Assembly: GCA_963555825.3 (NCBI GenBank)
Contig: CAUVXB020000002.1
Location: forward strand, 1,760,001-1,824,000
DNA length: 64,000 nt
DNA from: Alphaproteobacteria bacterium
GTDB taxonomy: Bacteria; Pseudomonadota; Alphaproteobacteria; JAAXGF01
Direction: 5' to 3'
The notes below the pieces were generated by a model. The model was not told the origin of the DNA and did no database searches. It saw nothing but the letters and a program-made list of their open reading frames with translations. The translations under genes were made by a program, and so were the position numbers. This document shows, in pieces, positions 54,005 through 63,970 of this stretch (its first letter is position 1; every line of letters begins with the position of its first letter).

Positions 54005-54923
54005 CGCGCCACCGGCCCACCGGCTCGTACCGATCCTATTTCTGCTCGGGCTCGGCACCATGTGGGGCGCCAGCTTCTCGCTCGCCAAGATCGCGACGAC
54101 GGCCGGCGCCCATCCGCTCGGCCTGCTGCTCTGGCAGGCGGCCGGCGCCGCCGTCATCGTGCTTTCGGTCGGCGTCGCGCGGCGGCGCCTGCGCGGGCTC
54201 GCACGCCGCAATCTGGGCTATTTCGTGACCTGCAGCCTGATGACCATCGTCGTGCCCTCCGGCGCGGTCTACTGGGCTTCGCCCAACCTGCCGGCCGGCG
54301 TGCTCGCGATGCTCGTCGCGACGGCGCCGATGATCACCTATGGCGTCGCGTTGCTGGCGCGGATGGAGGGTTTCCGATCGCTGCGCGTCGCCGGCATCGT
54401 GCTCGGCTTCGCCGCGGTCATCCTGATCGTCGGGCCGCGCGGCAGCCTGCCGTCGCCCGACATGGCGGTCTGGATCGCGCTCGGCATGGCGGCGCCGATC
54501 GGCTATGGCGTGAGCAACGTCTACATCGCCTATTTTCGCCCGCCGGCCGCCGATTCGATCGCGCTCGCCGCCGGCACGCTGACCACCACCGCGGCGCTCG
54601 TCGCCCCCGTCGTCGTCGCGACGGGCACCGGCTTCGGGGTCGGCCCGCCGTGGGACGCGGTCGATGTCGCGGTGCTCGCCTTGCCGACGATCACCGGGCT
54701 GGCGCGTGTCGTCCTGTTCGAGCTGATCCGCACCGCGGGCCCGGTATTCTTCTCGCTGGTCAACTATTTCACCACCGCGAGCGGCGTGGTTTGGGGCATG
54801 CTGTTGTTCGGCGAGCGACACAGCCCGTGGATCTGGGCGGCCCTGGCGCTGATGTTCGGCGCGCTCGCGCTGGTCAACGCCCGACCGGCCGCGCGCGCCA
54901 CCAACGATGGAAGAGGGCCATGA
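53991..54923 (+). CDS. DMT/EamA transporter
   Basis: WGASF, WGMLLFGE, ~10 TM segments. Confidence 0.85.
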   Translation: MTTADAPPAHRLVPILFLLGLGTMWGASFSLAKIATTAGAHPLGLLLWQAAGAAVIVLSVGVARRRLRGLARRNLGYFVTCSLMTIVVPSGAVYWASPNLPAGVLAMLVATAPMITYGVALLARMEGFRSLRVAGIVLGFAAVILIVGPRGSLPSPDMAVWIALGMAAPIGYGVSNVYIAYFRPPAADSIALAAGTLTTTAALVAPVVVATGTGFGVGPPWDAVDVAVLALPTITGLARVVLFELIRTAGPVFFSLVNYFTTASGVVWGMLLFGERHSPWIWAALALMFGALALVNARPAARATNDGRGP

Positions 54924-55243
54924 TCCTCGAGGGAAAGACGGCCATCGTCACCGGCTCGTCGCGCGGCATCGGCCGGGCGATCGCGCTGCGCTTCGCGGCC
55001 GACGGCGCCAAGGTGACGGTCAACTGCGTCACCAATATGGACAAGGCCGAGACGGTGGCGGGCGATATCCGCGCCGCCGGCGGCGCGGCGATCGCCGTCC
55101 AGGCCGATGTCGGTGAGCGCGCCGACGCCGACCGCCTGGTCGCCGAAACCGACGCGGCGACGGCCTTCCTGGCGTCCGACTACGCCGCCTACATCACCGG
55201 CCAGGCGCGGCGCGTCAACGGCGGCATGTCGATGGGCGGCTAG
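54920..55243 (+). pseudogene. FabG-like SDR with large in-frame internal deletion
   Basis: TGSSRGIG...QADV joined to FLASD..YITGQ; no NAG or YxxxK motif. Confidence 0.8.
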
Positions 55244-55303
55244 GCGACGGGCCCGAGCGCTGCGGCGAAACGATCGGCGCCATCAAGCTGGCCAGGGAGT
55301 TCT

Positions 55304-57111
55304 ATGGTTATGACACGACCGATGCCAAGGCCGTCGTGGACGATCTGGCCCGGCGCTAGGGCTTGTCTGCTCGCTGTTCTGGTCTGGGCGGTCCCAGCGC
55401 AAGGCGCCGGGCCGTGGCTCAGCTTCTCCGGCGAGGTGGCGCGCGGCGAGACCTTCCGGCATCGGCTCGATCAGGATTTCTGGTTCGAGTTGCAACCCGA
55501 TCCCCAGGGCTGGGGCTGGCACATCTGGATCGGCGACCCGCGGCAGCCCCACGACAACTACGCGGCCGTCGTGACACCGCCCTATCGCGGCGTCAACCAC
55601 ATGCAGCTTTTCGGCTGGCGTTTCCGCAACGCGGACAACAGTGGCGCCAACACGGCGGGTCCGAAGAACGTGAACGCGCCTCAGGAGCTGCGCGGCTTTC
55701 GTTTCGTGCTGAACGACCGAGATCACGACGACGCCATGGCTGCGCTGCGTCGGCTGCTGTGGGGCCCGGTCGAGAGCGACGATGTCGGTCTGCATTTGAG
55801 GGCTTGGCGGCGCGAGCTGGCGAAAGGCGAGGGCCGGCTAGTGTCCCGATTCCGAAGTTCGCATGATTTTCGCCTGCTGTTCAGCGATTTCGATTGTTCG
55901 GAGGCAGAAGCGCTGGATGGCGCCGAGGATGTCATCGGCGGATTTGGTCCATTTGAAGGGTTTGGGGTTCTGGTTTGTCGTGTCGATGTAGTCGAGGATG
56001 GTGCGCTCCAACTCCTTGGTGGAGCGATGGACGCCGCGCCTGATCTGCTTGTCGGTCAGCAGCCCGAACCAGCGCTCGACCTGGTTCAGCCAGGAGGCGC
56101 TGGTGGGTGTGAAATGGGCCTGCCAGCGCGGCCGTTTGGCGAACCAGTCGCGGATCGCCTTGGTCTTGTGGGTCCCGTAGTTGTCCATGACGATGTGGAT
56201 GTCGAGATCAGCAGGGACGTTCGCCTCGACGAGGTCGAGGAATTTGCGGAACTCTCGGGCCCGATGGCGCGGGAAACATTTGCCGATGATCTCTCCCGTG
56301 GCGATGTCGAGGGCCGCGAAGAGAGAGGTCGTGCCGTGGCGCTTGTAGTCGTGGCTGCGCCGCTCCGCCTGCCCGGGGCGCATCGGCAAGAGGGGCTGGG
56401 AACGGTCCAGGGCCTGGATCTGGCTCTTTTCGTCGACACAGAGAACCAGGGCACGATCCGGCGGCGCCAAATACAGACCGACGATGTCGCGGACCTTCTC
56501 CACGAAGAAGGGATCGCTCGACAGCTTGAAGGTCTCCGAGCGATGCGGCTGCAAGCCGAAGGCCCGCCAGATGCGATGAATGGTCGAGGGCGCGTGGCCG
56601 CTCGCCCGCGCCATCGAGCGAAGGCTCCAATGGGTCGCGTCCGGCGGCGTCTCTTCCAGCGTCAGCCGGACCGCTTCCGCGATGGCGTCATCGCCGATTT
56701 GACGCGGCGCGCCGGGGCGGGGTTCGTCGTACAGACCGTCGAGGCCCTCCGCCGCATAGCGGCGACGCCACTTGCCCACGGTGTCCGCGCTCGCCTCGAG
56801 ACGAACGGCGATCTCCTTGTTCTCCAACCCTTCCGCCGCCGCCAAGACGATCCGAGCCCGCCGCGCAAGCCCCTGCGACGTCTTGCGACGACGAGACAGC
56901 GCCTCCAATTCGGCGCGCTCGTCATCGCTCAAAGAGATCGTCACCGCCACTCTCGCCATCAATCGCGCCTCCTAAAAACAAATAGAGACATAATCATATC
57001 AATTTATCGATCAGGACACTAGAGATTACGGACATTACCCTCGGCAACCTGGTGACCGGCGAGACCGCCCGTTTCCGGCGCATCGCCTTCACGGTGCGTC
57101 TGGCGCGCTGA
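55304..57111 (+). pseudogene. Exported hypothetical protein interrupted by IS630
   Basis: Removing the IS restores ...GEGRL-EITDITLGNL...VRLAR*. Confidence 0.75.
55841..57019 (-). mobile_element. IS630-family element copy 1 (transposase 55838-56962)
   Basis: TA duplication within CTAG; [18 protein letters not shown]. Confidence 0.93.
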
Positions 57112-57150
57112 GCCGTCCCCGCTTGCCAGAGCCCGGCGACGATGATTGTG

Positions 57151-57205
57151 GGGACGTGATACTTAATTCCAACTCTACCAAATATACTGCCACCATATAA
57201 TTAAG
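57151..57205. repeat. GGACGTGATACTTAATT palindrome; right arm continues at 59107-59125
   Basis: GGACGTGATACTTAATT...AATTAAG[IS]TATCACGTCC. Confidence 0.7.
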
Positions 57206-57218
57206 CGGGCTGTCCTAG

Positions 57219-57881
57219 CTAAGGGCGTTTCTGTCTCAAAATAATCCATGTCTTCAATTGGTTAAGCAGTTCTCGGTGGTCACCTCCGTTGAACCGCCAT
57301 TCGCACTCCTTGAGGAACAGGTGAAAGCTCTGTTTCGGGACGCCATTGAAGCGCCGTAAATGCCGCTTCGCCTGGTTCCAGAAGTTCTCGATCCCGTTGA
57401 TATGGCTCCGCTCGTCGACGAACCGCTCCGAGTGATTGATCCGAACATGGTGGAAGTCCGAAACGTCCAGGGCATCATAGCTCGAAAAGCCGTCCGTATA
57501 GACGATGCTGTCAGGCCGGATCATACGCTCCATAATCGGCATCAACGTGGCAGTCCGGGCATTGGGAATCATCGCCGTGTAGACCTTCCCACCTCGCTTC
57601 AAAAGCCCGAAAACCGGGACTTTTCCGCCAGCGCCTCGACCCCGCTTGCCTTTGCGGCGGCCGCCAAAATAACTCTCATCAACCTCGATCTCTCCGGCAA
57701 AAGGCGAGGCCTTCTCCATTTCCTCGGCAATCACCTTGCGAAGCCGAGTATAAAACGAGGCCGCCGTGTTCCGGTGGACGCCAACCAGTTCGGCTGCTGC
57801 CCGAGCCGTCGTACCCGCAACGAAGTGCTCAATCAGACGACCGCGCTTCCAATCACTGAGCCGGCTTTTCCTCTCGTACAT
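57219..57881 (-). CDS. IS1595/IS1016 transposase
   Basis: EVDESYFGG, RGRGAGGK, YTD, HINGIENFW, LKECEWRFN. Confidence 0.93.
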   Translation of the reverse strand: MYERKSRLSDWKRGRLIEHFVAGTTARAAAELVGVHRNTAASFYTRLRKVIAEEMEKASPFAGEIEVDESYFGGRRKGKRGRGAGGKVPVFGLLKRGGKVYTAMIPNARTATLMPIMERMIRPDSIVYTDGFSSYDALDVSDFHHVRINHSERFVDERSHINGIENFWNQAKRHLRRFNGVPKQSFHLFLKECEWRFNGGDHRELLNQLKTWIILRQKRP

Positions 57882-57915
57882 CCCGCCATCCTAGCCTAAG
57901 CATGCCGCTTAGCTA

Positions 57916-59094
57916 GTGTCCTGATCGATAAATTGATATGATTATGTCTCTATTTGTTTTTAGGAGGCGCGATTGATGGCGAGAGTGGCGGTGACGATCT
58001 CTTTGAGCGATGACGAGCGCGCCGAATTGGAGGCGCTGTCTCGTCGTCGCAAGACGTCGCAGGGGCTTGCGCGGCGGGCTCGGATCGTCTTGGCGGCGGC
58101 GGAAGGGTTGGAGAACAAGGAGATCGCCGTTCGTCTCGAGGCGAGCGCGGACACCGTGGGCAAGTGGCGTCGCCGCTATGCGGCGGAGGGCCTCGACGGT
58201 CTGTACGACGAACCCCGCCCCGGCGCGCCGCGTCAAATCGGCGATGACGCCATCGCGGAAGCGGTCCGGCTGACGCTGGAAGAGACGCCGCCGGACGCGA
58301 CCCATTGGAGCCTTCGCTCGATGGCGCGGGCGAGCGGCCACGCGCCCTCGACCATTCATCGCATCTGGCGGGCCTTCGGCTTGCAGCCGCATCGCTCGGA
58401 GACCTTCAAGCTGTCGAGCGATCCCTTCTTCGTGGAGAAGGTCCGCGACATCGTCGGTCTGTATTTGGCGCCGCCGGATCGTGCCCTGGTTCTCTGTGTC
58501 GACGAAAAGAGCCAGATCCAGGCCCTGGACCGTTCCCAGCCCCTCTTGCCGATGCGCCCCGGGCAGGCGGAGCGGCGCAGCCACGACTACAAGCGCCACG
58601 GCACGACCTCTCTCTTCGCGGCCCTCGACATCGCCACGGGAGAGATCATCGGCAAATGTTTCCCGCGCCATCGGGCCCGAGAGTTCCGCAAATTCCTCGA
58701 CCTCGTCGAGGCGAACGTCCCTGCTGATCTCGACATCCACATCGTCATGGACAACTACGGGACCCACAAGACCAAGGCGATCCGCGACTGGTTCGCCAAA
58801 CGGCCGCGCTGGCAGGCCCATTTCACACCCACCAGCGCCTCCTGGCTGAACCAGGTCGAGCGCTGGTTCGGGCTGCTGACCGACAAGCAGATCAGGCGCG
58901 GCGTCCATCGCTCCACCAAGGAGTTGGAGCGCACCATCCTCGACTACATCGACACGACAAACCAGAACCCCAAACCCTTCAAATGGACCAAATCCGCCGA
59001 TGACATCCTCGGCGCCATCCAGCGCTTCTGCCTCCGAACAATCGAAATCGCTGAACAGCAGGCGAAAATCATGCGAACTTCGGAATCGGGACAC
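57916..59094 (+). mobile_element. IS630-family element copy 2 (transposase 57973-59097)
   Basis: 1179 bp, same protein as copy 1, TA duplication. Confidence 0.93.
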
Positions 59095-59131
59095 TAGGAC
59101 AGCCCCTAATTAAGTATCACGTCCACGTAAT

Positions 59132-59212
59132 TCCAAGGTCGCGCCCACGGGCATGATCTTCGTGCCCTGTAAGGACGGCACCAGCCACAACGAGATCGAA
59201 AACGCCGATGGA
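59132..59212 (+). pseudogene. Fragment of M20 Zn amidohydrolase C-terminus
   Basis: SKVAPTGMIFVPCKDGTSHNEIENAD. Confidence 0.6.
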
Positions 59213-59304
59213 AACACACTCTTTATTTATATTTTTTTATAATTAATCTACTAATGATAGCTCACTCCTGATATGCTGCGCTGAATTTGCGGAAGGAGGG
59301 AAAC

Positions 59305-59700
59305 ATGCTTCGCACATATCTCGTCGCTGGGGCGATGCTGATCGTCAGCATCGTTTACGGCGGGCCCGCCGTGGCGCAGCAACTGACGGTCGGTACTACG
59401 TACACTTGGGTCAACGAACTCGGCTCGACAATGACGACGTCGTGGGGCGCGGACGGCCTGATAACCGGAACATATGTGAGCCTCGTGGGATGCGGCGCGG
59501 GCACGGCCAGGCCGCTGACCGGCTGGTGGAACAACGCCGCCGTGACATTCACCGTGAATTGGCAGGAATGCAAATCGCTCACGTCATGGACGGGAAACTA
59601 CGGCGCTGGAAAGATTACTACGCTGTGGCTATTAACGCTGTCCGGCCCCCCGCAGTGGAATTCGATCAACGCCGGAGCCGATACGTTCACGCTGCAGTAG
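59305..59700 (+). CDS. Avidin/streptavidin family protein (bradavidin-like), secreted
   Basis: Signal peptide; WVNELGS, ITGTY, LTGW, FTVNW, SWTG, LWLL, WNSINAGADTF; AAGGAGG RBS. Confidence 0.88.
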   Translation: MLRTYLVAGAMLIVSIVYGGPAVAQQLTVGTTYTWVNELGSTMTTSWGADGLITGTYVSLVGCGAGTARPLTGWWNNAAVTFTVNWQECKSLTSWTGNYGAGKITTLWLLTLSGPPQWNSINAGADTFTLQ

Positions 59701-59758
59701 CGATTAATTAAGCGGACGTGATCACTACCGCGCGTCGTCGTCGGCATGTCGGGGGCAG

Positions 59759-60805
59759 TCAGGGGACGGGTTCGGGCGGCGCGCCGAGAGCGGCGCGGAC
59801 TTGGTTCTGGAACAGAACCACGTTGCTTTCCTGCGCCGGCGACAGGCGGCCGGCGGTGTAGACGCCGACCGCAAGGTTGCGCTGCACGGTCTCGCAGATG
59901 CCCATGTCCTCCTCGACGATCTCGCGCGCCCAGGCGAAGGCGGCGTCGCGCTCGGCCGCGGCAACGTCGGCAAACCACATCCAGTTGAGCGATTTGAGGC
60001 GGCCCGGGCCGTCGGGTTCGATGCGCTCGGCCTTGAAGGCGCGTGCGCTGGCGGTCACCTGGAAGCCCGGGAAGCGGTAGAACCAGAGCCCGTCGTCGCC
60101 GCGCAACCGGGCGCCGTCGGCGGCGCCGGCATACGGCACATGGAAGGCGATCGTCCGACCGTCGTCGTAGGGCCTGATCTCGACCGCGTCGCCGACGACC
60201 GCCGCGGCCAGGCGCTCGTGCACGGTCGGCAGGTGGTAGCCCTCGACGGTGTTGTCGCAATAGGTCTTCCAGTTGGCGGCGCCGGTGACGGTGAAGTCGC
60301 CGCCAAAGGTCAGCTCGGGCGGGCCGGGGTACGTTTTGCAGAGGTCCGGGATCGTGCCCAGCCAGGTGGCGAGATCGGGCGCGCCCTCATCGACGCAGAC
60401 GAAGACCAGGCCGCGCCAGGTCTCGACGCGCAGCGCAAACAGGCCGTATTCGGCACGGTCGAAGCCGGGGTCGTCGCCGAAGTCCGGCGCGACCTTGAGC
60501 CGGCCGGCGAGGTCGTAGGTCCAGCGGTGATAGGGGCAGCGCAGCATGTTGCAGCGGCCCTGGCCGTCGGCGAGCAGGGCGGCGGCGCGGTGCCGGCAGA
60601 CGTTGTGGAAGCCGCGCAGCACGCCGTCCTTGCCGCGGATGACGAAGACCGGCCAGCCGTTGACGCGCTCGGCGCGCCAGTCGCCGGTCGCGGCGAATTC
60701 GGCCTCGGGCGCGAACAGGCACCAGTTGGGCGCGAAGATGGCGCCGCGCTCGCGGGCGTGGACCGCGTCGTCGACGTACCAATCGGCGGGCAGGGTTTCG
60801 GGCAT
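59759..60805 (-). CDS. Rieske non-heme iron oxygenase alpha subunit
   Basis: NVCRHR, CPYHRW, NWK...N..EGYH...H, ED..ICE.VQ. Confidence 0.9.
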   Translation of the reverse strand: MPETLPADWYVDDAVHARERGAIFAPNWCLFAPEAEFAATGDWRAERVNGWPVFVIRGKDGVLRGFHNVCRHRAAALLADGQGRCNMLRCPYHRWTYDLAGRLKVAPDFGDDPGFDRAEYGLFALRVETWRGLVFVCVDEGAPDLATWLGTIPDLCKTYPGPPELTFGGDFTVTGAANWKTYCDNTVEGYHLPTVHERLAAAVVGDAVEIRPYDDGRTIAFHVPYAGAADGARLRGDDGLWFYRFPGFQVTASARAFKAERIEPDGPGRLKSLNWMWFADVAAAERDAAFAWAREIVEEDMGICETVQRNLAVGVYTAGRLSPAQESNVVLFQNQVRAALGAPPEPVP

Positions 60806-62307
60806 TAGTCAATGCCGGCGCGGCGGCGCACGGCGGTCAGGCCTTGCGAGCGGTCGTAGGCCCGGTAGAGCTGCTCGCGCAGGCCGACCGCGGGCGTTGC
60901 GTTGATGTTCTCGAACAGCGCGATGCGCATCGCCGCCGGGCTGCAGGTCATGTCCCAGATCAGGTTGAACAGGCGGTTCTTGTCGCGCGCGCCGATCTCG
61001 TGGCCGGGCAGGTAATCGTCCAAGAGCGGGCCGATGTCGGGCCGCTCCCAGCTCGCCTTCGGCACGCGTGAGATCAGCCCCTGGCCCGACAGCTCGCGCA
61101 GCAGCTGCATGATCTTCGGGTAGGCGGTGATGGCGCCGAGCCGCCCGGCGGTGACGTATTCGACATTGGGCAGCATGACGCCGCTCTCGGTCGGCTGGGC
61201 GGTCTCGACGGCGGCGGTGACCATGCCCTTGAGCGTCGCCGCATAGGCCAGCACCTCGGCGACGAGATGGCGGACGGCGGCGATGTGGTCGGTGCCCAGC
61301 GCGTCGACGATGGCCTGGGCCGCGCCGGCGAAGAGCTCGGCGCGGAACGCCATGCGCGTGAGGATCTTCCAGAAGGCGAACTGGCCAAGGACGTAGTAGA
61401 TATCACCCAAGACCGGGTTCTTGTAGCTGAAGACGTACTCCCACGGGATGAAGACGTTGTCGAACAGCGTGAGGCTGTCGTTCTCCTCGCCGCCGACGTC
61501 GAGCGGGTGGTCCTCGGCGTCCTCGCTGCCGTCGGTCAGCGCCTCGCGCGAGACCAGCGTCAGGCCCGGCGCGTTGACCGGCAGCGCCGACCACAGCATG
61601 CATTCGGCGGGCATGGTCGGGTTGGGCGGCGGCATCGAGATGGTGCCGATGTTGCCCTGCGCCATCACCGTGTTGCCCGCCTTGGCGCCCGCGACGACGA
61701 CGCCGTCGGCGCGTTCCTCGACGACGCGCAGCCGGCCGGCCTGCTCGGGCATCGGCGTCTTGCGGTTGGCCTGGACGTCGATGATGATGTCGCCCGAGAT
61801 CAGGTTATTGCGCTGGCCGGTGCGCAGGAAGTGGATGATCTTGTCCTGCGCCTCGGGTTCGGCGCGCTTTATGATGTGGTGGAATGCCATGAATCCGATC
61901 GCCTTGACCGGACCGTAATCGGGCGGCCGTCCGAACTCGCCGAAGGTGCGGAAGGTCGAGAACCTGACCATCTCGACGTGGCGCCACAGATCGTCGCGCG
62001 AATAGGGCACCAACCAGCCGGTCGCGATGCGCTCGCCGGTTTCGGCGTCGATCGAGGTCGTGACCTCGGCGTGCTTGGGGTCGAGCTGCGCATCGAACAG
62101 CCCGGCCAGCGTGTCGATGCCGCGCGCCAGCGTCGGCTCCGCGGTGACGTCGTCGACCGCGCGGCCGTCGACGATGACGCGGCGGCCGTCGCGCAAGCTC
62201 TCCTTGAACTGGGCGCCCGAGCGCAGGTTGGGATGATCGGGCGCGTGGTCGACCGGCTTGCCGACCAAGAAGTCGCCCGCGCCGCTCACGGCACGCGCAT
62301 CACTCAC
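60805..62307 (-). CDS. HpaB-like flavin-dependent hydroxylase
   Basis: ESLRDGRRV, GRPPDY, DGVVVAGAK, FDNVFIPWE.VF. Confidence 0.85.
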   Translation of the reverse strand: MSDARAVSGAGDFLVGKPVDHAPDHPNLRSGAQFKESLRDGRRVIVDGRAVDDVTAEPTLARGIDTLAGLFDAQLDPKHAEVTTSIDAETGERIATGWLVPYSRDDLWRHVEMVRFSTFRTFGEFGRPPDYGPVKAIGFMAFHHIIKRAEPEAQDKIIHFLRTGQRNNLISGDIIIDVQANRKTPMPEQAGRLRVVEERADGVVVAGAKAGNTVMAQGNIGTISMPPPNPTMPAECMLWSALPVNAPGLTLVSREALTDGSEDAEDHPLDVGGEENDSLTLFDNVFIPWEYVFSYKNPVLGDIYYVLGQFAFWKILTRMAFRAELFAGAAQAIVDALGTDHIAAVRHLVAEVLAYAATLKGMVTAAVETAQPTESGVMLPNVEYVTAGRLGAITAYPKIMQLLRELSGQGLISRVPKASWERPDIGPLLDDYLPGHEIGARDKNRLFNLIWDMTCSPAAMRIALFENINATPAVGLREQLYRAYDRSQGLTAVRRRAGID

Positions 62308-63221
62308 GGCACGCGCTCCGGCGCGACCGCGCCGAGCTCGGGGATCGGCCCGTCGTAATAGGGCAGCCGGTCGACGCGCGGCGACCAGGTGCCGTCGGCG
62401 ATCACCTTGCGGACATGGGCGGCGATCTCCTCGAGCGTGGCGAACCACACGCCGCCCTTCTCGTGCATGTACTCGATCAGCCCCTCGGTGGCGCGCCAGC
62501 GCGCCAGCTGGCCCGACAGGAAGGGGTGCCAGACGGCGATCCACAACCCGCCGTACTGCCACATCGCGTCGAACTCTTCGCGGTAGACCTCGGTCGCGAG
62601 GCGCGCCGGCTTGATCGACATCATGTAGCCGAAATCGCGCGACGCCTGGTAGTGCGGCCAGTCGTCGAGCACGTAGTGGCCAGGCAGCTCGACCACGGTC
62701 GCCGCGCCATTGTCCAAGAGATAGGGGATGTCGTCGCCCATCAGCGAGGCGTCGTAGTCGATGTCCTCGGCGACGAGCAGGTCGAGCGTGTGGCGCGAAA
62801 AACGGTAGCTCGGTGCGCGGAAGCCGCGCGGTCGCCGGCCGGTCATCTTGACGATGACCTCGATCGAGCGCGTCAGCCAGTCGTGCTCCTCGTCGCGCTC
62901 CATCGCGTTAGGGTGCTCGTGCAGATAGCCGTGGTGGGCGACCTCGTGGCCGCCTTCGAGCACCGCCTCGACCGCCGCCGGGTAGCGCTCCATGCACCAG
63001 GCGGGCAGGAAGAAGGTCTGGTGCATGCCGAACTTGGCGTAAGTGTCGACGATGCGCGGCACGGCGATCTCGGGGCCGTAGCGCAGCATCGAGAGCGCCG
63101 CGACGCGGCTGTCGGCGCTGGCGTGATGCGCCAGATGCAGGATGCTGTCGGCATCCATGTCGAAGGTGAAGGCAACGGCGCAGCGCAAGCCGTCGGGCCA
63201 CGGTAACGGGTTCTTGATCAC
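62304..63221 (-). CDS. Polysaccharide deacetylase (PuuE/HpPgdA-like)
   Basis: TFDMD, TFF.P, HEVAHHGYLHE, GFRAP, YDASLM, HPF. Confidence 0.88.
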   Translation of the reverse strand: MIKNPLPWPDGLRCAVAFTFDMDADSILHLAHHASADSRVAALSMLRYGPEIAVPRIVDTYAKFGMHQTFFLPAWCMERYPAAVEAVLEGGHEVAHHGYLHEHPNAMERDEEHDWLTRSIEVIVKMTGRRPRGFRAPSYRFSRHTLDLLVAEDIDYDASLMGDDIPYLLDNGAATVVELPGHYVLDDWPHYQASRDFGYMMSIKPARLATEVYREEFDAMWQYGGLWIAVWHPFLSGQLARWRATEGLIEYMHEKGGVWFATLEEIAAHVRKVIADGTWSPRVDRLPYYDGPIPELGAVAPERVP

Positions 63222-63307
63222 GGCGTCCTCCCCTGCGCGCGCGGGCCACGCGCCAACCATGACCGCCCCGCTGCGCCGCGGCAACCCTTCCCTCAACAAC
63301 AAACATA

Positions 63308-63377
63308 TTTAATGGGGTCAGACTCCTTTATAATTAAATGTATCAATTGATAATAAAGGAGTCTGACCCCATTAATC
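63308..63377. repeat. AT-rich palindrome TTAATGGGGTCAGACTCC...GGAGTCTGACCCCATTAA
   Basis: Perfect arms; related to 51562-51627. Confidence 0.75.
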
Positions 63378-63395
63378 GTTGGTTGGCGGGATGGC

Positions 63396-63941
63396 TTAGG
63401 GCGCGCCTTCCAGCGGGTAGCTCGCTTCGACGCGGTGGACCGCGCCGGCGGCGCCCAGGTGGCTCGAATAGAGCTGGAACGCGGTGACCGGGAAATCTTC
63501 GGTCGCGAATGCACCGTTGAGCGCCAGGTAGTCGCGCACCCGGGCGAGCGGCGCCTGCTTGAGCCGGGCGAGCGTCACATGGGGCGCGAACCCGCGGCGG
63601 TCGGGCGCGACGCCCAGCTGCCGGAGCCGCGCCTCGATCCGATCGTGCAGGCGGCCGGGCGCAGCGCCGTCGTTCACGCCGGCCCACAAGACGCGCGGCG
63701 CACCGCGTGGCGGGAAATGGCCGACGCCGACGAACGCGAGGCGAAAGGCCGGCGCCTCGACATCGCCGAGCGCCTCGACGATCTCGTCGTAAAGCGCGCC
63801 CTCGACCGCGCCGATGAAGCGCAGCGTCAGGTGGAACTGCTCGGGCGCGACCCACTTGGCGCCGGGCACGCCGTGGCTGAGGCGGGCCAGCGCGTCGCGG
63901 ACCGGCGCGGACGGGTCGATGGCAACGAAGAGGCGCGGCAT
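63396..63941 (-). CDS. thpR: RNA 2',3'-cyclic phosphodiesterase
   Basis: RLFVAI, HLTLRF, PHVTLAR (2H motifs). Confidence 0.93.
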   Translation of the reverse strand: MPRLFVAIDPSAPVRDALARLSHGVPGAKWVAPEQFHLTLRFIGAVEGALYDEIVEALGDVEAPAFRLAFVGVGHFPPRGAPRVLWAGVNDGAAPGRLHDRIEARLRQLGVAPDRRGFAPHVTLARLKQAPLARVRDYLALNGAFATEDFPVTAFQLYSSHLGAAGAVHRVEASYPLEGAP

Positions 63942-63970
63942 GGGCGGCGACCATTGAAGGAGGTTGACGT

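Larger units (their letters stand above)
57206..59106 (-). mobile_element. IS1595-family (IS1016-like) element, 8-bp TSD TAATTAAG
   Basis: IR GGGCTGTCCTAGCTAAG; TSD at 57198-57205 and 59107-59114; one IR split by IS630. Confidence 0.88.

Noticed and set aside
55304-57022. 572-aa ORF, 393-aa ORF (57913-59094) and other long antisense ORFs (17509-18582, 39088-41034, 43556-44971)
   Set aside because: Shadow frames of real genes or transposases in high-GC DNA
55841-59094. Composite transposon or inversion bounded by the two IS630 copies
   Set aside because: Removing each copy separately restores a continuous target (a gene; an IS1595 IR)
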